From positions 22,816,001 through 22,880,000 of the forward strand of contig JBHGNT010000001.1 in the NCBI GenBank assembly GCA_043228905.1: 64,000 nt of DNA. Reading direction: 5' to 3'. This document shows, one piece after another, positions 39,655 through 51,405 of this stretch (within the stretch, counting starts at the first letter, position 1; every line of letters begins with the position of its first letter). The position numbers were made by a program, and so were the translations under genes. Origin of the DNA: Azolla caroliniana (taxonomy: Eukaryota; Plantae; Polypodiophyta). The notes under the pieces were generated by a model. The model was not told the DNA's origin, did not search any database, and was given only the letters and a program-made list of their open reading frames with translations.

Positions 39655-40100
39655 TACATACACACATACCTATATACACATGCAATATAATCCATACAAT
39701 ACCTATATACACATACATACACACACACACACAAACATAACACACAACACACATGCATACCACATACAAACATATACGATGTATGGAACATACATACACA
39801 CACACAAACATAACAAACAACACACATGCATACCACATACAAACATATACGATGTATGGAACATACATACACACACACAAACATAACAAACAACACACAT
39901 GCATACCACATACAAACATAACACACAACATACATGCATACCACATACAAACATATATGAGGTATGGAACATACATACACACACAAACATAACAAACAAC
40001 ACACATGCATACCACATACAAACATATATGATGTATGGAACATACATACACACAAATTACACATGAATACCACATTCACAATGCACACATACACACATAT
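39655..40100. repeat. AC-rich minisatellite, ~73-bp unit, inside the P-like element
   Basis: GATGTATGGAACATACATACACACACAAACATAAC...CATGCATACCACATACAAAC recurs (e.g. 39778, 39851). Confidence 0.9.
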
Positions 40101-40155
40101 AAATAATGTATGGTTATATGAAAAGTGATAGGTGGGAACATTCTATGTGTAGATA

Positions 40156-41799
40156 ATGGATGAAGAATCTATTATTGAAGTGTTTGAACATGAGAGGGAT
40201 GATGAAGATAAACCTTTGGGCATTGTAAGTGTGAGAGGAACTCTTACATATGCAAAGATCCGAGTGGAAATAATTGAGGACGGTATATTTTATGAACAAT
40301 TTTCCTTTGTGTACAAAATAAATAATATTTTGAATGGGAAACAAGAAGACAAATGGCGTTTAAAAGAAAATAAAGTCTGTCATAAGATTATGGTGTAATG
40401 AGGGTGGAGAACCCTATGGTGCTGGTTCTACGGAAGCAAAAGTAGCAAATGCGTGTCTTAATAAAAAATTTAGAAGTAATATTAAGAGCCGAAGTCATGA
40501 AAAACGATATTATGCTCGAAGGGGATTAAGCCAACAAGATGAATCAATAAACTTATCTAAAATAGATGATGAGGCCTATATCAAGTTTTCGTTGGAAATT
40601 CTCAATACTTTTAATAAAACTACAAGTGTAAGCATGTTTGTACTTTAAACCTTAATATTGTAGTTATGAATAATATGCTAATATATGTTAGAACTGTTTT
40701 TTTATAGATGTAGAATTTGATTTAATAGAGGCAACACTTCATGGATATAAAGATAATGCAATGGTGAAGGTAAAATGCAAGATTGATGGATCTTGGTTAC
40801 CATTATGCCCTCCACGGAGTGATTTGTCAACAATTTTGTTTCAACACTTACAATCCAAGACCCATCTAACATCGATGGAGATGGTTCGACATGCTGGTAC
40901 ACCAATAATGAGTGGATTTTTGGGTTGTCCATGAAAACAAGAAGCTTTACCTTCAAATCAACAAACCTTGAGCAAATTTCTTGTTTTAACCTTGCGACCT
41001 TCGTCTAGTCAAGAATGTGAGTTCTCTACTCCACATTTGGTTTGTCACTATTGTGTTGGGGATATTGACATAACAACATAATGATAAATGATGAAGAAAT
41101 ACATGTAAAATAATTTCTCATTGATTAAAATCATGGCGCCTTATGGTTCTCTGAGCCTTACACCAAAACTGTTGATGCAAGAGTGTTGATGGATGTTTTG
41201 GCCATTTTGATTGTAAAAGAGTATCGACGATAGAAGAACCCTTTCATAATCTTACATGTGAAAAATGTAGAAATTCCCAAATGTAATGATTTCCGTATGA
41301 GGGTGTATAGGGAGCGTAGGGCTAAAGTCAAAAGAGGTAATCGAGGAACTAGGAAGGGTAGGTGACCTGATTATCTTACTCAAGAAGAGACAAGAAAGGA
41401 AATGTCAAGTTCTAAGTAAACCATCCGTCGCGCTCATGGACAAATATGGTGGCTAGCTTGCAAAGTTGCAATGCTTTTGGTAAAGGTAATGACTCTCAAG
41501 GAAGCATCCCTTGAGAGTGTGGAACGGAAGGATGTTCGAAGATTTTGTAATAACATTATTGAGGCTCATCGAGCTGGAAAATTTGGTGGAAAGAATGCAT
41601 TATGGATTTCTTGACAAATTTTGCACAAAACCTTACTCGAAAGCCACATGGACAGTTATGATTTAAAGACACATCTAAGGCAATTTTTGTCATGATTAAA
41701 ATGTGGGGTGGACCAAGATTACACAACTTTGTTTCTAAAAATTTAGATAGACCATCATTAAGCACTACAAAGAGATTTTTGAGAAAGGCAACTTCTTAA
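40156..41799 (+). pseudogene. Decayed N-terminal half of a P-element/THAP9-like transposase, probable intron 40628-40707
   Basis: Manual translation across stops/frameshifts: VKCKID...QHLQSKTH, G(R)P(R)K, GCFGHFDC...TCEKC, NLTRKPHG.L.FKDTSKAIFVMIKMWGGPRLHNFVSKNLDRPSLSTTKR. No DDE domain seen. Confidence 0.6.
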
Positions 41800-43664
41800 G
41801 GTTTTCTTTTTATATAGTTGGTCTTTATGAGGGTAACCTTTATTGTAATAAGTTTTTTAAGTAGACATTGCAATAACAAAATGATTTATTTTATTTCATT
41901 TTGATTTGGGTAAGAAAATGTGAATAGATGATGTCTTACATTTCAAATGGAAATAGAAAATAGGTTGCCATTTGTTTTATCAATATGTTTGAGAAAAAAT
42001 AATGTTATGGTTTCATATGAGTCTATCCATGAAACCAAACATAATGTTAATTTGTTAGTAATTTCATTATTGATATGTATTTTGGATTGTTCTATGTGTG
42101 CTCTTTGAGATATATATCTCAAGTTCAAGATTGTTTTATTGTAAATTACACTGTTTTTTATCAATCTATATTCTTCATATGTCTCAATAAGCTAAAAAGA
42201 AAACTTATATGTGGCTTATATATGTTTATACTTGTAGTATTTTTGGGTAATGTTTTCTAATTGTGTGTGCATTACTTTGTACTTTACACATTGTGTTTTC
42301 AATCTATGTGGCACTTGATGAAGCATTTCTAGGATTTGCGTGTGATGTTTAATGCTCATTCATAATTTTGCGAGTCATCAATTCTAAAGGCGGTCATTGA
42401 TCCCTTCTAGGATTGGAAACTATGTGTGCATGTATATTTTATATGTAAGGGTATTTAAAATGGGTGGTTATCAAAAAATATATTGGTAGTAAAGGGTGTT
42501 TTTATTAATCTTTTTTCTACAAAAAAGGGTCACTAAAATAGTAAAAACCATACGTATAAGGGATTTATAAATGATGTCATGAACGCACGTGATACAACCG
42601 TCTTATATATAGTGGAGTCCCAGGGACATTACAAAAGTCAATAATATGTCAAATCATAGATTACCACATCTTATTGGAATGTTGGATGTACGATACAAAA
42701 GAATCACAAGTGCAGAATTATCTTGTATGGTTGGCTAATTGGCATGAGGAAATGGTTCGAACGAGGAGGTGTGTGGAAGTCTGATCTCTTAGAGCTTTGA
42801 AGTAATATTGTGGAATATGTAAGTGTTATTAAGGAAAGAATTGTGGAACCACTAAATTAGGATAGGAAGAAGTGGGAAGATGTTAAAAGGGGACAAAATT
42901 AGAATATTACATTGGAAACATCAACCCGAAATGTTGGATTCTATAGAATGAAAGGATGTCTTTTAATCGTATTCAACCCGATGTCGTTACTAACTAACAT
43001 GAGTATTAACTCTCGTAGAATCCAATTGGTGAAAACTATGATGACATGTTAAGAGGGACTTGAGTGGCATATTAGGTGTGTGTAATTACAGAAAACAGTA
43101 AAGTAAGAGACATCGGAAGTTCACACAAGGCATGGATGGTAGTAATTAGAGAAGGACATGGGTCTTTTGAATGTTCCCTAATTCCTGTACTAATTAATTA
43201 GTATGTAAATTGTTTGTCGCTAATTTCTTACCAGGCAAACACCCCTATAGAGAGAGAGAGAGAGAGGCGAGAAGAAAAAACAGATTTAACAAAAAAATCT
43301 CATCACATTCCATATTAAGAAGTTGAAGTGATGATCAATTGATGTATGTGTTCGTGAGGGTAGAATGTTGTAACTGCCACATCCACTAGTACTTACTACT
43401 GGCCGCAAGATCGCAGGAGTTGCCAAATTTGTAGTAATTTTGCTTTTGATGGTATGCCATCAAATTTTGTGATGAGCTACTCAACATAGAGAGCTCTGGC
43501 CAATCCTAATCATCCGAACTCCCTTAATGTGAGTATTTGGTGTAGTAAATTGGTACTGATCAAGTACAAAAGGAGGACAATGAGCTCTTTAATGGCACTC
43601 CATTAATTGACGAGATGAGAGAAAAATGGAGTACTTGGAGAGATAATTCACAATTTGGCTTGAT

Positions 43665-43710
<46 letters not shown>

Positions 43711-44526
43711 AAGGTAAGAATTAATTTACTAGTTGATTATAACGTGGGGGGAGATTAAAATAGATGAACACAGTTTAAATGATCTCAGAACCAGACTTTC
43801 CCGAATTAGAGTGTCGCTCAAGCTTCTATAGAAGGGAGTGGAGAACTAGCATAATTGGGAGGGATGGAGGTGGGCACTATAATTATAATTAGCAAAAGGG
43901 GCTCCAAATTAACATATATGTATATATACTGTATACACACACACACACACACACATATGTATATCCAACATCCATATTGCATGAAAACAAAGCGCCTCTT
44001 GTTGACATGAACATTGAATGAGCATGATGGTGGTCCTACTCTTTAAGGTAGCTACTACATATGTGCCCATGCTATTAGAGACCCATCCGATGGTAATCCA
44101 CACTTGTTATTCTATCGTTTTCGAGACCAGAAGGCTTCGGTTATTTGTTCCACACACTCTAGCTCTTGGAGACATGATGGCCATCCCATCCCTCACCTTC
44201 TCTCCTAAAGAAAGTTGGCATGTCATTCATAAATAAAAAGAAGTTTCATTGAAATTGGGTGGCATCACAAAAGTTTGGCTTTGAATATTCATGTGTTATG
44301 GGAGGGCATTGTGAGTGATGTTGGAAGTTGGAACTTGTCACCATCCCCAAACTTTGGAAATGCTTATTAAAAAAGTAAACTAGCACAACATTTGGACTTG
44401 GACCCATTTCAATATAATAGAGGTAAAAAATACTCAAAACAATCTCCAACCCTGTCATTGGCCTCTACTTCATGATCAAACTCAACTTTCTCGATTGTAT
44501 TCTTCTTCTTCAATCAATTGAATTGG

Positions 44527-46886
44527 ATGATGTCGTCTAATTATTCTCTACAATATGTGGTGCTTCTTTTTCTGTCATTTTTTAGAATATCCTTAATGTG
44601 TGATCTCATGATTAACACAAGGTAATATCATGATTAAGATTTATAATTATCCACTCAAAAAAAATGTATGTTGACGTGGGGTTCAATGTTTGATAGAGTC
44701 AATGCAACATATGATGAGGTCCATGCAGCAAGTGATCAAACAATATCTTCTAATGCGACAAGGAACATCTCAAAGTCGAGGAGTGTCATCCCTAAGCTTG
44801 CATTGAATACCATAGATCAATGTTGGAGGGGTAATGCTAATTGGGCAAAACATAGAATGAAGCTAGGAAATTGTGCCATTGGATTTGGGAGTGATACAAG
44901 AGGTGCCCAAGGGGGAAAGTACTACATAGTAAATGACCCATCGGATGATGCGACCAACCCGACTATTGGCACACTTCGATACGGGGTGACTCGTTTGGAG
45001 CCATTGTGGATCTATTTTGCATATGACATGAACATCAAGCTCAACAATGAGCTCATAATCACTAGTGATAAGACCATAGATGGGAGGGGAAGAAATGTCC
45101 ATATAGGAAATGGAGGTCCATGTCTAACTTTACAATATGTGAACAACGTCATAGTGCATGGCTTACACATACATGATTGTACAGTAGGAGAAAAAGGGAT
45201 GGTCATGAGCTCTAGTAAACACATTGGATATCGAAAAGGTTCTGATGGAGATGGTATCACTATCTTTGGGTCTACCAACATATGGATTGACCACAATTTT
45301 CTCTCCTCGTGCTTTGATGGACTTATTGATGTGACTCATGCCTCTACTGCTATCACTATATCCAATAATTTGTTCACAAATCACGACAAGGTACATTTCA
45401 TGACACAACTTGTTAATAAACTTTCCTTGGCCATTGCTCGATTAGCTTGCCCGGAAAGCAATAACTTTTGCACATAATCAATATAAGCAGGCTATGTGGT
45501 GATCATGGAAGATACATTAGCTCAAACATTTCATATTGTCACCCATATCACTCAAAACTCCTTCCTACTATTGTATAAGTATATCATATCAAACAAACAA
45601 TGCATGAACTTTGATATATCATATCATCCTTTCGTTGTGGGTGGGGTGGGGAGAGCTAACACTTAGAGAACATTCTTCATTATAATTTATTTTAATTCCC
45701 CCTAACAATTTTAGAGTTAACATTCTAGTGTGAGCATATTGTCTCAAACATGTTCCATCTAGCTATGCGCATATACATTGATGGACTTTAGATCTCCATG
45801 GTCATGGTAATAAAATTATACCATACTTTTGATTAGGTTATGTTAATGGGTCATAATGATGGCTATGTGGCCGACAAAGTGATGCGAGTCACAGTAATTT
45901 TCAACCATTTTGGTCCTGGCTTAGTCCAAAGGATGCCTAGGTAATATTTGTTATGATATCAATTTCCATCAAATAAACATTTAGCTTTACTAAAGAGTAA
46001 CAATCGGCAACGGTTTGGTTTGGTTTGAGAGTGTCAAAACTAAACCATTTAAAATTTTTGAAACATGAAACAAACCAAACCTAGATTTTTTTCAAACCGT
46101 TAAAACCACAGTTTCGTGGTTCAGTTTTAGTTTTCTACTTAGGTCAAAATTCAAATTTTAAAGTTTAAAATTTTAAAAATTTTAAACTTTTCATTATTCT
46201 AAATTTTAAAGATTTTCCTAAAATGTGAGAATAAGGCCTGAAAATGAAAAGATTGGTTAAAAACAATTTCTTAAAAATTTAAAAGAAAATAAAAAAATAA
46301 AAAACAGTTAAACCGTTTAAATTGCGGTTTCTAACTGTTGAAACCAAACCGACCGTTTAAACCGTTAAGCCGCGGTTTCGTGGTTCGGTTCGATTCAAAC
46401 CGAAGCCTTGCCGACTATTACTAAAGAGGCATCCCATTTATTAATGTAGATGTCGGTTTGGGCTTTTCCATGTAATCAACAATTACTATTATGAATGGGG
46501 TTTGTATGCAATCGGTGGGAGTGCCGATCCCACGATTATTAGTGAGGGCAATAAATTTGTCGCTGGTTCTGAAAAGCAAGTAAGTTTCTCTTTGACTATC
46601 GTTGCTTATTTGTATTGTAGAACATCAGGGGTAATGTTATTACTTCACCTCATTCACACTCTTTACTGTTTTCCATATATTAAAGGTTACCAAGAGAGAA
46701 GGACATGAACTTAATTGGTCAAGATGGTTGTGGAAATCTAAAGACGACACATTTCTTAATGGAGCATATTTTGTTGAATCGGGAACACATAACGGTCATT
46801 ATCATCTTGGTGCCTCTAGCAAGTTTGTAGACATAATGGTGGCCAATGCAGGGCCGACTCCATGTATAGTTGGAAGATTGTGTTAA
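44527..46886 (+). CDS. Pectate lyase (PL1); exons 44527-44621, 44697-45390, 45837-45940, 46450-46579, 46686-46886
   Basis: [63 protein letters not shown]; GT-AG introns in phase; hydrophobic N-terminus. Confidence 0.93.
45998..46420. mobile_element. hAT-type MITE in pectate lyase intron 3
   Basis: 8-bp TSD CTAAAGAG (45990-45997, 46421-46428); TIR TAACAATCGGCAA / rc TAATAGTCGGCAA; subterminal AAACC(G) repeats. Confidence 0.88.
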
Positions 46887-47618
46887 ATATGACTACCTAC
46901 AGAGACCTATCCCTAAGATGGGATGTCTCTATTGGATTCACTTTGTACGATTTTAAGGAGGATTGATACAAAGTAGAGAATTCAAAATTTAAGAATATCT
47001 AATCGATATGATATTCATGATTATGTTCATCATTAAATGCTAATAAAGATGTGTTATGTGTATGACATATATATGTATGTATTGCATAAGTGGCGGCCTC
47101 GTTATCTAGATTAAGGGGACTAAAAACATGCTTCAATAATGCACAAGTGCTTGGAATCTATGGCCTCGCTTAGCGGTCGTATTGTTAGTGATAACCTAAC
47201 CTCACAGGATTGGTTTTTTTAAGTTTGAGACTTGTGTGAAGCAAGAACAATGAAGATCATCGGCATGGCATGTTAATTTGTAATACCTCGAGTCCTACCT
47301 AGATAGAAGGAGACAAGACCTGACCAGACCACCCCTAAGTTATAAGTTATTGGGCATTTTACGAGAATACCCCCGCCCAGTTGTCAACAATACCAGAGAA
47401 ACAATTTGATCCAAAGGTAGAGAGAGAGATACATAGATTGATAGATGAGAACAGGTGCTGGTTTTGTGTCCTCCTTAAAAGGCTGCTTGTGCAGAGAAGA
47501 AGGATTTGTTGACAGGTAATCAGCTACATGTTGATATCGCTCGCTCTGCATCGCTCACCATCAAATACCGTGCTAAAATGAAGAAACAATTGATCTTAAG
47601 GTAGAGATAGATTGATAG

Positions 47619-49001
47619 ATGAGAACAGATGCTGGTTTTGTCTCCTCCTTAAAGGCTTGTGCAGAGAAGAAGGATCTGTTGACAGGTAATCAGCTACATG
47701 TTGATATCATTCGACATGGTTTAGTTCAAAAACCATATCTAGCTAGCTCTCTGATCAGCATGTATGCTAAATGTGGCATCATTTCAAAAGCGCAACAAAT
47801 ACATGATGAATTTCAAGCTAGAAATGTAGTCACTTGGAACGCAATGATCACTGGGTATGCCCGGCATGGCCAAGTTCTCGAGGGGTTGAATTGTTATGGA
47901 AGAATGGAGAATGAGGGTATATTTCCTAATCACGTCACATTCATCTGTATACTGAAAGTGTGTGGAATCATTGGAGCCATTGATAAGGGTAAACAAATTC
48001 ATAGCAAGGTTGTGATTAGTATTAAGGATTCGATGGAGAAAGACCTTGTGATGATTGGCAGTGCTTTGGTCGATATGTATGTGAAATGTGGTTTGATTGC
48101 AATAGCACAAAAAGTGCATAGTGATCTTCGTGTTAGAAATGTGGTCACTTGGTCCATTCTAATTGCAGGATATGTCCAACAAGGGAAAGGTCATGAAGCA
48201 CTCAATTCTTATGAAAAGATGAGAAGTGAGGGTATTTTACCTGATGCGATCACGTTCACTTGTATATTGAAAGCATGTGGAAGTATAGGAGCAAGTAATA
48301 AGGGCAAAGAAATCCATGAAGAGGTTGCACTTAAAGGATTACTGCAGAAGGATCTTGTGCTTGGCACTGCATTGGTGGATATGTATGCTAAATGTGCTAT
48401 GCTTGAAAAGGCACAAGAAGTGCTGCGAGAGCTTCCTGGTCGAGATATCGTCCCATGGAATGCATTAATTTCGGGATACGCTCAGCATGGTCAGGGTCAT
48501 GAAGCACTCGAGTGTTTTAAATCGATGAGAGAAGAGGGTATTACCCCGGACGAGGTCACCTTCTTGAGTGTTCTCACTGCATGTAGTCACTCTGGGCTAT
48601 TGGAAGATGCCCAAATGTATTTTTCAAATATGAGAGAGAAACATAACATTGTACCTAATTCCGAGCATCACACATGCATGGTGGTGGTTTATGGATGTGT
48701 TGGACAATTTGATGATGCAGTATCGATGATTCAGACGTTGCCATCATTGTGTGATCATCCTCCAGTTTGGTTTGCCCTGTTGGATGCCTGTAGAAAATGG
48801 GGAAATGTGAAGCTCGGGGCTTTGGCTTTCAACCAAGCAATACAAGTGGATGGTAGTTCTGCAGCATATGCCCTCATGGCAAGCATCTATGCAGGTGCAG
48901 GCATGATGAAGGATGCTGGAAAGGTAGAGGCTTTAAGGATACAGGCTCTCAATCATAATAGATCTGAAATGCAGAACATTTTTTGTCCGTTTATGAGGTA
49001 A
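47619..49001 (+). CDS. PLS-class pentatricopeptide repeat protein with E-type C-terminus, no DYW
   Basis: Repeated SLISMYAKCG / NVVTWNAMITGY / VTFICILKVCG triplets, LTACSHSGL, VWFALLDACRKWGN; single 460-aa ORF. Confidence 0.92.
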   Translation: MRTDAGFVSSLKACAEKKDLLTGNQLHVDIIRHGLVQKPYLASSLISMYAKCGIISKAQQIHDEFQARNVVTWNAMITGYARHGQVLEGLNCYGRMENEGIFPNHVTFICILKVCGIIGAIDKGKQIHSKVVISIKDSMEKDLVMIGSALVDMYVKCGLIAIAQKVHSDLRVRNVVTWSILIAGYVQQGKGHEALNSYEKMRSEGILPDAITFTCILKACGSIGASNKGKEIHEEVALKGLLQKDLVLGTALVDMYAKCAMLEKAQEVLRELPGRDIVPWNALISGYAQHGQGHEALECFKSMREEGITPDEVTFLSVLTACSHSGLLEDAQMYFSNMREKHNIVPNSEHHTCMVVVYGCVGQFDDAVSMIQTLPSLCDHPPVWFALLDACRKWGNVKLGALAFNQAIQVDGSSAAYALMASIYAGAGMMKDAGKVEALRIQALNHNRSEMQNIFCPFMR

Positions 49002-49269
49002 TTTGCTATTCCGGTCTGTCCGGTAGATGGCTGGGCCAGTTCTATTGGTCTTGGGTTCAAGGGTAACATTTTGCTGGTGAAAACACCACTATAGATAATA
49101 GCTCCAGAACATAGCTCGAGAGCCCCGAGAAGTTATGGTTTAATAAATGCCATATATAAAACAATAGTGTGAAGGCGGTAAATTGACTATCTTCTTTTCC
49201 GGTGATGTAACATGTGCCCGTTGTTGCTATGTTGTTCGACATGGCAATGCACATTCCAGAATAAAAAGT

Positions 49270-49532
49270 GCCCATGTATAGGGAAATGGTTCACATCAAA
49301 GCTACTCGAGTGACACATTGGTGCAACTAAATGGTGTTGTGGAGTGCAAGCTGGGAACACTCCTTGAAATGGCAAGATGTAAAAAGTAAACGAAAAGAAT
49401 CTTCCTGATAAGTTTTGGATGGAAGCGGTCATGTGTGCAAATTATGTATTGGACCATTGTCTGACAGAAGCATTGAGAGTCATTACACCTTATGAAGCTT
49501 GGAATGAGCGAAAGTCGATGGTTAGTCATATG
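49270..49532 (+). mobile_element. Copia integrase fragment, inverted relative to the adjacent remnant
   Basis: Diverged reverse-complement match to ~49740-49990 (FW.EAV.CANYVL, TPYEAWNERK). Confidence 0.7.
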
Positions 49533-51405
49533 TTGAACCCAAAGCTGAAGCGTACTTGCGTTTATCTTTTCGTGTAATAGCAAGTGCTTGAGTTCCCTGA
49601 ATCAAAGTGTTTCTATTCAATCAATGTTATAGTCGATAACCTTTATGCTGACTACTATATCCAACAAATATACATTTCTTTGCTTTGTCATCAAGTTTTT
49701 GGCGTTGTGATGAGACACCATATGCCAACAAATAACCGTGCATATGACTAAGCATTGGCTTTCGCTCATTCCAAGCTTCATAAAGTGTAATGATCCTCAA
49801 TATTTTTGCTGGACAACGATTCAATACATAATTTGCACGTATGACTGCTTCCCTCCAAAACTTATCAAGAAGATGCTTTTCCTGTACCCATACATCTTAC
49901 CGTTTTAAGGAGTGTTCTATTCTTGCACTCCACAACACAATTTTGTTGAGGTGGCATTGTACATCGGTGAGAAATTCCCCTTTCACAAAGAAAAGATCAC
50001 GTGACATGTATTCACTACCACAATCCATGCGAAGAGTCAAAAAGTTTATTTCCACTAAAGTTTTCAGCCATTTCTAACAGTATCTTAAAGTAATAGAATA
50101 CTTCATTTATTGCTTGCATAGCATATACCCATGTAGGACGTGTTGCATCATCAATGAAGGTAACAAAGTATACATGATTTCCAAATGATACTGTCTTGAT
50201 TAGGCTGCATACATTAGTATTACCAAGTTGCAATTTTCTTGAAATATGATTTGCATCATCATTTGGGAAAAGACATATGATGCAAATTTTCAAGCATACA
50301 ACCTTCACATGCATGCTTTTCAATGGACTCAAATTTTGATGTTGGTAAACCAATAACCATATTCTCTTTTTTTTCATGTAAAACAAACTATTAAAGTTTA
50401 AATGACCAAAACAACATGCCATAACTATGTTTCAACGATAGGAGTGTGTAAGCAAGGCATTTGAGGCAACAGGCAACTCTGTTGTATATCCAAGTAATAC
50501 CAACCATTACATGATGTCCTTGTCATTACAAACGCATCACCATTGTTGTGGGATATTTGAAAGATGCAAAGAACTTTTGTATTGAATTGATTTGCTTTGT
50601 GGCACTACTATCAAAAATCCAATACGAAACCTCATCCAAAACCATATTTTATTGAATCATATTTACATGTAATAACACATGTTCAAACATCTTGAGCAAC
50701 ATTAGCTTCATCATTGTTTGCTTTACATGTACTCTCAACAATAGACATCCCAAATTATTTCTTTTTTTCATTTCATTTAGTTAGCTTTTTACATTTATCA
50801 ATAGTATGTCCACCTTTTTGACAATATTTGCATCTCTTCATCTTTTGCATATCATCATCAAGAGATGAAGGAGTGGATGAGGAAGATTGAGGCATTGGTT
50901 TCGATGAACCCAAAGCTAAACTATACATGCTTTTACCCTATGTAACAAGGAGTGTGCTTGTGTTCTCTAAATCAAAGTGTTTCAATTTCCTCTTGTTTGC
51001 TCTTCTTGCAAAAGAAGAGACACAACCTCATCAAAAGTATACAATTTTGGATTTCCCTTTGCAACCAAATGAAATATAATAGCAAAGCTTTGAAATGATT
51101 ATGGAAATCCTTTGAATGATGTAGAAACAAGTGATGAATTCAAAATGATTTCATCAATGTTTGTGAATTGCTCTTTCACCAAGCTTGTTTTGATGTAGCA
51201 TATCAAGTGTGTGGAACAATATGTCACTTCACTGAAAGGGCAATCAATGCATGAGCTTGAGCATTCTTTCCATCCCATCTCAATTGCTCTTGCATAGGTG
51301 AAGAAAGCATTGCCGCTCTACTTGGCGAAGAATTCAGATCTATGACAATAGGTTGTGTATTAGAACCACTAAGTCACGTTCAACATCTGCTACTATGTTC
51401 CACCT

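Larger units (their letters stand above)
23322..42625 (+). mobile_element. TIR DNA transposon with 8-bp TSD, P-superfamily-like, non-autonomous (~3.1 kb once nested elements are removed)
   Basis: Exact TSD ACATTACA at 23314-23321 and 42626-42633; ends CCCAGGGGCTTCACTGT / rc CCCTGGGACTCCACTAT; flanks rejoin to match the unsplit copy at ~12000-12400. Boundaries are seen directly; the superfamily is inferred. Confidence 0.85.

Noticed and set aside
39576-40094. Long Cys/Val/Tyr/Met- or His/Thr-rich ORFs; array considered as CRISPR-like
   Set aside because: Translations of an AC-rich minisatellite; no unique spacers and no cas genes; eukaryotic context.
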